DNA from: Octopus vulgaris
Lineage: Eukaryota
Assembly (NCBI GenBank): GCA_951406725.2
Contig: OX597818.1
Coordinates: forward strand, 124,620,001-124,684,000
Direction of reading: 5' to 3'
DNA: 64,000 nucleotides
Below the pieces are notes generated by a model. The model ran no database searches, was not told the origin of the DNA, and worked only from the letters and a program-made list of their open reading frames with translations. Position 1 is the stretch's first letter. Every line of letters begins with the position of its first letter. Below, piece by piece: positions 53,735 through 63,559 of the stretch. Position numbers and translations under genes: made by a program.

Positions 53735-54420
53735 AAAAATAACCAATTCTTTATTATTATACTTTCTTTCTTTTTACTTATTAGTTTAGGGGAAGAGGCA
53801 ATACCCAAGATCTTTACATGTGCTCTGAAACCAATGAGTTTGATATTATTAAGGTTCCGTTTAAACTGTTGCATGTCAACACTTACACGAAAGACCAGCA
53901 AGGAGGAAATTCCAAAGGGCTGATGTTCTGGGAGGAAAGGACTGAACATAGTGATTTGTGCGCAACCAGGGGTGTTGGACACAGAAGGGGTGATGAGAGG
54001 TGAAGAGTTAAGTTAGTCAGGGGTGCATGAGTTGTTAAGTACAAGACCAGCCATCTCCAAGAAACAGAGACCATTATAGTAGCAATAGAAAAGACAGTGT
54101 GCATGTGGGCTAGAGACAGGAGTGCCTCTGTTGGTGATAAATAGCCATTCTCTGGATGCAGTCAAGAATGTCTGTGTGCATAGCAGCAAGCATCATTTTA
54201 GATATGGGAGTTATATTCCAACGTGAACCTGACTGGGGTTTTGCAAAGTACCAAAAGCTGAACTGCTGAGATATTTTCTGGTGTTAAAGAGAAGGGCCAG
54301 ACTTTGGAATGCAGTCCCAGTTATGATAAAGATGTACTTCCATCAGGAGAAATTCTCAGTGATAATGAGGCCCAGCATTTGGAGTATGAGTAGCATTGGA
54401 GTTTTTTTCCTTTTTTGCTG
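53735..54420 (-). mobile_element. Degenerate CR1/L2-type LINE fragment (a similar piece lies at 26280-26620)
   Basis: Degenerate LINE-like peptide remnants with many stops; clade assignment tentative. Confidence 0.45.
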
Positions 54421-54574
54421 TTATAGGTACAAATGTGGTGGTGTGGTAAGAAGCTTGCTTCTCAACCACATAGTTTTGGGTTCAGTCCCTCCTCACAGAA
54501 CCTTGAACATGTGTCTTCTAATATGACCTTGATCCAACTGAGTGGACTTGGTAAATGGAAAGTAAAAGAAGCCT

Positions 54575-54625
<51 letters not shown>

Positions 54626-54630
<5 letters not shown>

Positions 54631-54773
54631 TGCCTCGGTGGTCTTGTGGGTAAAGACATGTGTTGGCAATGAGAAAGCCAGGGTGGGGTTCAATCCTACT
54701 CATGGCTTGTATTAAGGGGGTCTTACAAAACGGCGGTGCATCAGCATGGCCGCAGCTCTGAGCTGAAACTAGA

Positions 54774-54782
<9 letters not shown>
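54626..54782 (+). mobile_element. Short tRNA-headed SINE sharing the family 3 tail
   Basis: GGTGGTCTTGTGG...GGTTCAATCC head; tail GGCGGTGCATCAGCATGGCCGCAG...CTGAAAC-A(n). Confidence 0.6.
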
Positions 54783-54804
<22 letters not shown>

Positions 54805-55364
54805 TACAAGTAGATAAATGGTACAACAAGGCACCAATATTTACTGGAAAATAGCAATCGTAATAAATACGACAATATTGTATAGCTTCACTGCGTATAT
54901 ACTAGCAAAGATGCGTGTCTCTTTGTCTTCCTCTCTATATATATATGTATACACACACACACACACACACACACTCACACACACACTCACGCACAACACA
55001 CACACATGTGAATATATGCATATCGTCATCATAATCATCATCATTTAATGTCTGCCTTCCATGCTTACATGGGTTGCATATATATATATACATATACATA
55101 TATATATATATATATATACAAATATATATACACATATATGTATGCATGTGTATAGATAGATATATATACACACACAAACACACACACACACACACATTTA
55201 TGCATACACACGCACATATATACCTATATGTATGTATATAGTATATGTGTGTGTGTGTATATATATATATGCAACCCATGTAAGCATGGAAGGCGGACAT
55301 TAAATGATGATCATCATGATGATGATATGCATATATTCACATGTATGTGTGTGTGTGTGTGTAT

Positions 55365-55433
<69 letters not shown>

Positions 55434-56196
55434 AAGACAAAGAGGCAGAAAGATATAGAGAAAGAGAGCTATGTGTGTGTGTACATTTGCACTTGCTTTT
55501 GTCCACCTCCTCCAGCATGACAACCAGTGTTGGCTTGTTTCTCTACCTGTAACTTAGCAGTTCGACAAAAGAGTCCAACAGAACAAGTACCAGGCTCAAT
55601 AAGTAACAACTGGGGGCGATTTGTTTAACCAAACCTTCAAGCTGATGACGCCCAGCATGGCCATAGTCTAATGACAGAAACATTTAAAAAAATAAAATAA
55701 GCAAATAAAATCATATACTTAAATGCTCTTTTAAGAGAAAATGAATTAATGAAAGCCATATGGTAAAAATTTAATCAATGTCTTTATTTATATATGCCAT
55801 AATCCTGACATCAAGAATTTGAATTTATTTTGAATTTCAAATATACAAACTTATCCATATTAATGAAATAAAAATGTAACATTCTGAATATTATTTTCCT
55901 CTTTAATCAGCGTTGTAGAAGCATTTATCAAAGATCTCTACACAACATTATGGAACATATCAAGAATTTTTAAAATCACCTACGCTATTGAAAGAAAATG
56001 AATGTTACATGTAACTCCTACGAATTTCACGAAGGAAAATCACAAAAAAAAAAAAAAAAATTTTTTTTTCATTTCTCAGGGGGAAGAACTCAGGTATGAC
56101 TAATAGTTTTTGTAAGGACTGCACAGAAAATCACGTTATATATATATATAATACATTTCTAAATCTCTCAGAGAGAGTTATGCAGAAGTGATACGA

Positions 56197-56384
56197 TAAA
56201 GTAGTTATATGCTGTCAACTTAATGTGACAGTCCCACGAAGGGAATAATACTACTGCTATTTAGCCCTAGGAAGCAATACTGCTTCCTGTCAGCCATGCA
56301 GTGCTGCTTCCTAGGGCTAAATAGCAGTAGTATTATTCCCTTCGTGGGACTGTCACATTAAGTTGATAGCATACAACTACTTTA
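56197..56384. repeat. Near-perfect hairpin, 87-bp arms, 14-nt loop
   Basis: 56197-56283 against 56298-56384: 4 mismatches. Confidence 0.95.
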
Positions 56385-56532
56385 TGTGTGTGTGTGTGTG
56401 TGTGTGTGTATAAAATACAAAATGGGACAAGAGCACAAAACATCCGGACAACTAGGTGACACAAAAAAGGACAACAAAACATCCAGAAAGAGGATACAAA
56501 GAAAACAAGGACGGGTCATTCGAAGCTTTTTA

Positions 56533-56589
56533 TCCTCAGTCAAGAACCGGATTATCCTCGCAATTTCGGCTGATTAATCTTGAGATTGC
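56533..56589 (-). ncRNA. Reverse-order hammerhead-like motif, family A
   Basis: GCAA-TC-TCAAGA-ttaatcagcc-GAAA-TTGC-gaggataatccggt-TCTTGA-CTGAGGA. All core nucleotides and stems I and III are intact. Confidence 0.65.
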
Positions 56590-56776
56590 TCTAATCTGGC
56601 CAGCTCCAAGGAAAAAACTAAGCTGAGAGCATTATATTCCTTGGAAATATATATATATAAATATATGTAACATTGTCCCGTTTTTTTCTGTCCTTGTTTT
56701 TGTATACATTCGCTGCTTTCTTCCAAGGAATCTAATGCTCTTAGCTTAGTTTTTCCTTGGGGCTGGACAGATTGGA

Positions 56777-56833
56777 GCAATCTCAAGTATAATCAGCCAA
56801 AATTGCGAAGATAATCTGTTACTTGACTGAAGA
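56777..56833 (+). ncRNA. Reverse-order hammerhead-like motif, family A (GAAA changed to AAAA)
   Basis: GCAA-TC-TCAAGTA-taatcagcc-AAAA-TTGC-gaagataatctgt-TACTTGA-CTGAAGA. Confidence 0.55.
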
Positions 56834-56912
56834 AAGAAAACTTTGAATGACCTGTCCTTGTTTTCTTTGTATATATATATATGTGTGTGTGTGGATGTAT
56901 GTATGTATGTGC

Positions 56913-56956
<44 letters not shown>

Positions 56957-56958
<2 letters not shown>

Positions 56959-57090
56959 CCAAAATAAGCAACAGGATATCAAAAAGTGATGCAGACGACC
57001 GTTTCAAGCGGCTCCATTTAATTGAACAATGCAATCATTTCATCAATTTAAATGCAGGGCTATCCTTAGCTGCACAAATAAATAAATAGA
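56957..57090 (-). mobile_element. Penelope-terminus-like fragment, hammerhead with long stem II
   Basis: Minus strand: TGCAG-CTAAGGA-...CATTTAAATTGA/TCAATTAAATG...-GAAA-CGGTCG-TC-TGCA (57074-56990), abutting (TA)n. Confidence 0.5.
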
Positions 57091-57489
57091 ATTTTAATCA
57101 GTCGGACACATTAATATATTAATATAATTTTACTCAACTACTCTAATAGAGCAAAAAGATGTCACTATTGTAGCTAAGAATATACTACACTTCCAAGAAA
57201 TGTATGAAGTTTGTTGGAGTCATAGCTTGTAAAGGATTGTGGTTCATTTTTAATTTATTAGTCTTTTTATCAACTACTAAATCTAAGACTAGAAGACTGT
57301 GTCTGTTTAGAATGGAGGGCAGGAGTGAGTTGACAGCTCATACCTGAGTATGGTCATAAATATTGTCAAGATTTTAGGAGTAGTATAAAGTAACTATCTA
57401 TAAAGGAGGTTGGGTAGGGGTAGATCCAGAATCAAGATGTTAATTACCAGTTAAAGGGGCAAGATACTAATAAAAACTATGATGCTAAT

Positions 57490-57523
57490 ACAGATATATA
57501 GATATGTGTGTGTGTATGTTTGT

Positions 57524-57582
<59 letters not shown>

Positions 57583-57637
57583 CATATATATATAGATACA
57601 TACATATATATATATACATATATATATATACATATAT

Positions 57638-57678
<41 letters not shown>

Positions 57679-57779
57679 TATACATACATATATATATACA
57701 TATATATATACATATATATATACATACATATATATATATACATATATATATACATATATATATATACACATATATATAC

Positions 57780-57866
<87 letters not shown>

Positions 57867-58072
57867 CATATATACATACATATATATACATATATATATA
57901 CATATATAGATATATATATATATATACACATATATACATACATATATATACATATATATTCATACATATATATATACATATATATACTTACACATATATA
58001 TACATATATATATATACATATATATATACATATATATATACATATATATACATACATATAATATATATATAC

Positions 58073-58103
<31 letters not shown>

Positions 58104-58150
58104 TATATACATACACACATATATATATATATATATACATATATACATAC

Positions 58151-58215
<65 letters not shown>

Positions 58216-58332
58216 TATATACATACATACATACATATATATATATATATACATACATATATATATATATATACACACATACATACATATATATATATAT
58301 ATACATACATACATCTATATATATAGACATAC

Positions 58333-58366
<34 letters not shown>
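57490..58366. repeat. ~0.9-kb compound (TA)n/(TACA)n microsatellite
   Basis: Direct inspection. Confidence 0.95.
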
Positions 58367-58488
58367 CATCATCATCATCATCATCGTTTAGCGTCCGTTT
58401 TCCATGCTAGCATGGGTTGGACGGTTCTACTGGGGTCTGTGAAGCCAGAAGGCTTCATCATATATATACATACATACACACACACACT

Positions 58489-58528
<40 letters not shown>

Positions 58529-58533
<5 letters not shown>

Positions 58534-58754
58534 GATAATCCCCCAACTATTGCGGGTGTTACGTTAAAAAAAAAACCTGCAATAGGTGAAAATCCGCGAA
58601 GCAGAAACAGTATTGTACTGTATATATTTTTTTAAATTTTTATAATTTGTATATATGCATTTTATTTTAAATGCAAAACAACACGACGGAGGAATCGATG
58701 AAGCTTAAATAAGTAACAGCGATAGGTGAACCGCAATATGGCGAGGGATTACTG
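58529..58754. mobile_element. Tigger/pogo-type MITE
   Basis: Right end GCGAGGGATTACTG-TA, diverged left end; internal GCGATAGGTGAA-like repeats. Confidence 0.6.
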
Positions 58755-58935
58755 TAATATTGTTATTACTTATATCTTGTTTAGAGATTTTAGAACTAGC
58801 TCCTATATATAAATATATATATATACATACATACATATATATATATATATGTGTGTGTGTGTATATATGTGTGTGTGTATATGTATATATATATATATGT
58901 ATGTATGTATGTATATATATATATATGTATGTATG

Positions 58936-58977
<42 letters not shown>

Positions 58978-58983
58978 GATATA

Positions 58984-59015
<32 letters not shown>

Positions 59016-59019
59016 CATA

Positions 59020-61518
59020 CAGTGGTGGGTACGGTTCCTCTAATCCACTAACAGCTAATTAGCAAAACTAACTTTTCGTTTAGCAAATTAGCATTTTCAC
59101 TAACTTTGGAAACCATTAGCAGACCAATTAGCTTCTGCTAAATTTAGTTCCACTAACTTCAAGTACACTAGCAAAATTCATACATATGTTCCCATCTGTT
59201 GTGAGCATGTCTTGAAGAGTCTGTCAGGCACGCTACTGGCTGATTATGTGTACACGTGACAAGACGTAGTTGCTCAACGCAGCAGTAATTAGTTAAGCAG
59301 CACTGTGTAATTCTACAGTTTTGAGTTGTGTTCACTTACGACATTGTCACATTACAGACAGTGTTACAGTGTCAGCGAGGGCAGTGTACATTATCGGCTT
59401 ATCAAGTTATTGCTTATCATTATGGAAGGTGAAGATGTCTTTGTTCGGCCAGAGGATGAAGGGCCTGTTGAGGAGTCTGCAATGGTTGTGGGTGAGGCAG
59501 AGATTTCTCAGGTTGAGAGCTAGGAATCTCAGAACCTGTGGCCCCACATGGAGGACTACTTTGTCCTTACGTCTAGGGATAAGAGGAACACCAAAATCTT
59601 GTACTTCCGATGTGTCATGTGCCAGCCCAAGGAGACCACCATCAAGGGACAAGCAGTGAGCCTTTACAACTTATATATATTCCACTCACAATTAAGTGTG
59701 CACACCCAAAAAAAGCAGTCTTTAATGAAATAACAAATAAATGAATCTTAAGTTCTGAACTTATTAAATTCTGACCATCATTCCATCCCTCATCTCGGTT
59801 ATTCATCACCCCCAATACGTCACCTGTCAAGGTAGTGTAACTAATTTCAAAGGTTTAATAACAAGGCTTTAAATTATGAGCAATATTTCGATGAATTTAA
59901 AACAGCCTAGTTACAAATGTTAAACTACAATTTGCTTATACAAGTTCCATGTGCAAAACAAAATGACCAGGATCATGACGGACAATAGCAAAAGCTTTGT
60001 TAAGGCATTTATGCAGTTTGGAATGGAAGTTGAACTCTTGACAGATCTGGACATGGAGGGTGCCAAGGATGTAGACTTATATGTAGATCCTGAGGCTGAG
60101 GATGTGGATGAAATTGAGTACATCTCTATTGATACCATCCTTGACAAGTCCAGCAGTCTGGGCCTAAACCTGCTAGTGCACATGAAGTGCACAGCCCATA
60201 CCTTCAACTTGGTAGCCAGCATGGATGCCATCAAAGCTCTTGACAGTGCTTCATTCAAGTCAACCTGCAGGAAGGCCATGTCCAAGGCACAGCAGCAGTG
60301 AAACCTGCAGAGTCGCAGCACAGTGACAGCAGACAGCATTCTGGATACGTTGAAGAGGAGGTTCGTGGCCCCCAAACAGTACCAGATGGAAATCTACCTG
60401 TGACTCTGTTGCTGTCCTCAACAACCTGTTGTAGTATAGGGGAGCTGTCCACAAGGTGATGACACAGCTAAAGCTGCAGACTTTCACTGATTCTAATGTT
60501 GGTTTCCTGATGGAGTATGCCCAGGCAATGTCTAATGTTGCCAAGGCCTTGGATAAAATCCAGGGAGAGGAGCAGGCTTATCTCAGGAGCTTTCTGTCAA
60601 CTGTAGCGGCTACCGTCATGAAGTTGAAGGAGGTGAAATTCAAACATCTGTACTGCAGTCCTCTGGTAGATGCAATACTGGAAGGCATCATGAAAAGGTT
60701 TGAGCTCCTCTTAGAAGACATGGAGTGCCAAATGGCTGCTGCTTTCCACCCCAAGTTTCACCTGGTCTGGCTAGAGCAGTATAATAACAGCCAGGTTAAC
60801 AGAGTAACGAATGCCATAAAGACTGTCAGAGAGACAGCCCTAATGGAGACCAATGAATAGAACAGCAGAACCATCAGCAATGAGGATGAGGGAGATGATT
60901 TCTTCAGCAACATCACTCAGTTCCAGGAGAGAAGGAGCTATAAGTCACTGAAATCCAAGGTGCAGAACTTGGTGAAGACTTGGCTGGAGGCCGTCTCGAA
61001 GGAGGTCTTGACTTAAGTCGCCTTTTTGGGCAGACCAGGTCTTGATCGACATGTTCACCGAGTATAATATTTCCATCTCATCAAGTGTTGCAGTTGAGTG
61101 CCTATTCTCCGTAGGCAAAGACATTTTGAGGGCCAAGAGAGACACTCTGTCAGATGGTAACTTTGAAAGGCTGATGTTTATGAAGGGCAACCAGCATCAT
61201 GTCAAGATGATGGAGAAGGCCCAGCCACAGTAGTACACCTTAATCATCATCTGACCTTGGCATGCTATACCTTTTTGGAAAGCTCTATGTCTAAGCTACA
61301 TGGTCTGTTTTTAGGAGGTTTAGAGTTGAAAAACCAAGCCAAAACTAAATTCATATGATAAAAGTTAGTGGTTATCAGTTAGCATTAGCTTCTGCTAATT
61401 TTTTCACTCGTTCAAGCAGTTTAGCAATTGCAAAGCTAACTTGTTTAGTGGTTTAGCAATTACAAAGCAGACTAGCGTATAGCAAAACTAACTTTTTGGT
61501 TAGCTGTACCCACCGCTA
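59020..61518 (+). mobile_element. hAT DNA transposon with pseudogenised transposase
   Basis: TIRs CAGTGGTGGGTACGG / CTGTACCCACCGCTA; subterminal TTAGC/GCTAA repeats; BED-finger-like WPHMEDYF..CVMC, TDNSKSFVKAF, CTAHTFNL, TRW and hATC SSVAVECLFS..LSDGNFERL motifs. Confidence 0.92.
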
Positions 61519-62589
61519 TCATCATCATCATCATCATCATCATCGTCGTTCAACGTCTGTTTTCCATGCTAGCATGGGTTGGACAGTTTGACTGGGATCT
61601 GGGAAGCCAGGAGGCTGCACCAGGCTCCAGTCTGATCTGGCAGTGCTTCTACAGCTGGATGCCCTTCCTAACGCCAACCACTCCGTGAGTGTAGTAGGTG
61701 CTTTTTACATGCAGTCATTAGATTGCGATCATGCTACGACACAACCTTGAAAGACTTTTGGTAGTCGAATGAATCATCAATCCCCAGTACTTTTTTAAAG
61801 CCTAGTACTTATTCTATCGATTTCTTTTGCCGAGCCACAAAGTTATGGGAACGTAAACACACCAGCACTGGTTGTCAGGCGATGGTGGAGGGACAGCCAC
61901 AGACACAAAGGCACACACACACACATCTTTTATCTTTTACTTGTTTCAGTCACAAGCTTATGGTCATGCTGGGGAAATTGTCTTGAAGGAATTTTAGTCA
62001 AACAAATCAACTCCAGTGAATTATTTGTTCAGCCTGGTACTTATTCTATTGGTCTTTTTTACCAAACTGCTAAGTTATGGGGACATAAAAAAAACCAGTA
62101 GCAGTAGTCAAGTGGGAGGAGGACAAACAAAAAAAACACACATATACAATGGGCTTCCACACAGTTTCCATCAAACAAATTCATCCACAAGGCATTGATC
62201 CAATCATTGGAACAGCCTGTATGTAAGATTAACGTGCAAGTGGCTGAGCACTCCACAGACACATTCATCCTTAACATAGTTCTCAGGAAGATTCAGCATG
62301 ACAAAGTAACTAAGCTGGCCCTTTGAAATACAAGTACAACTCATTTTTGCTGGTTGAGTGGACTGGAGCAATGTAAAATAAAGTGTCTTGCTCAAGGACA
62401 CAACTCATCACTGGGAATTGAACTCACGACCTTACAATCTCGTGAGCTGAATCCCCTAACCACTAAACCACATGCCTTCACACACACACACATACACACA
62501 CTCACACATATACAGGTGTGTGTGTGTGCGTGTGTGTGCACACGCAGGCTAAATTAAGGTTGTTATTCAAAACCAATTTAAAAACAAAC

Positions 62590-62693
62590 AATGGAACATT
62601 TTCCGATTAGGAGACTCAATATTGAAAGGGTCATATTTATTGCAAAATTCATTTTGACTGGGATCATTTTCATTCAACACCTTATTCAACCAG
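62590..62693 (-). CDS. Candidate upstream IQCK exon (104 bp): WLNKVLNENDPSQNEFCNKYDPFNIESPNRKMFH
   Basis: Non-repeat sequence with acceptor gcttatttAG, an open frame and a weak donor GTttgt. It leaves a phase-1 T that would give TGT (Cys) with the GT of exon 53087, recalling IQCK ...KTCSPKEYL. No clear homology otherwise. Confidence 0.35.
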
Positions 62694-62857
62694 CTAAATA
62701 AGCAGTCAAATAAAACTTAAAACCCCAGGCAAAACAAATTTTATAATACATATGCATATGCACACACACATAAATATAGACGTTCTACTTACTACTGCCT
62801 CCAATTTCTTATAATTATTCCTGTCAACAGCCTTATCTTCAACTACATGAAAACTTC

Positions 62858-63260
62858 CTCGAGGAATGTGAAGACGCAGGCTGGAAAGCGGAACATTTTC
62901 CTATCGAAGTCGGATAGAGAGGGTTTGTTGGACACAGCGTGAGACGACTGTTGTTATCGTTAGGCCTAACTCATCGTAAAGTCAATACCACCATGACTGA
63001 TATCCAATCTACAGTGGAGAAGGCTAGCCACTGGATTTGGTTAAAAAGAGACAATGAGCGATGGCTAGAAGGATATTGAGTTTAACTTCATAACCAGCTG
63101 ATCTAGCAAGCGGGGCCTCATATCAGTGAGGGGGGGGGGCGGTGCATATTGATGCCGTCGAGAGGTAGGCCCCAAAACGGCGCGCATTCTCTCCTGATGA
63201 CCCCATACACTTGCTAGCTTCCGGTATACGGAGCTTTTAACTGGTAGCACTTGCATGTGC
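62858..63260 (+). mobile_element. 3' end of a HERO/R2-group (RLE) LINE
   Basis: LEECEDAGWKAEHFPIEVG*RGFVGHSVRRLLLSLGL...VEKASHWIWLKR, stop near 63079, then 3' UTR. Confidence 0.8.
63153..63200 (+). ncRNA. Reverse-order hammerhead-like motif in HERO-like LINE 3' UTR, family C
   Basis: TGCCG-TC-GAGAGG-taggcccc-AAAA-CGGCG-cgcat-TCTCTC-CTGATGA. Confidence 0.55.
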
Positions 63261-63328
63261 AAGTTGTTTGCAAGACATGATTACTAATCTCTTCCTGTGT
63301 ATTATTTTCAGTTATGTTGGTCTAAACC

Positions 63329-63559
63329 TATTTCTTTACTACCCACAAGGGGCTAAACACAGAGAGGACAAACAAGGACAGACAAACGGATTAAGTCAAT
63401 TATATCGACCCCAGTGCGTAACTGGTACTTATTTAATCGACTCCGAAAGGATGAAAGGCAAAGTCAACCTCGGTGGAATTTGAACTCAGAACGTAACGGC
63501 AGATGAAATACGGATACACATTTCACCTGGCGTGCTAACGTTTCTGCCAGTTCGCTGCC
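63329..63559 (-). mobile_element. SINE family 2, full length
   Basis: 17-bp TSD TTATGTTGGTCTAAACC. Confidence 0.92.

Larger units (their letters stand above)
56415..56872. mobile_element. Two inverted copies of family A repeat
   Basis: 56490-56646 is the approximate reverse complement of 56721-56872. Confidence 0.8.

Noticed and set aside
55911-56001. Plus-strand acceptor-like site followed by a short frame (VVEAFIKDLY...)
   Set aside because: No partner exons or recognisable homology.
57344-57397. Minus-strand AG...GT-bounded 54-bp segment as an IQCK exon
   Set aside because: Stop codons in all three frames.
57451-58384. YI/YM-rich ORFs up to 299 aa (and similar ones throughout the window)
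   Set aside because: Artefacts of TA/TACA/TG repeats that lack stop codons.
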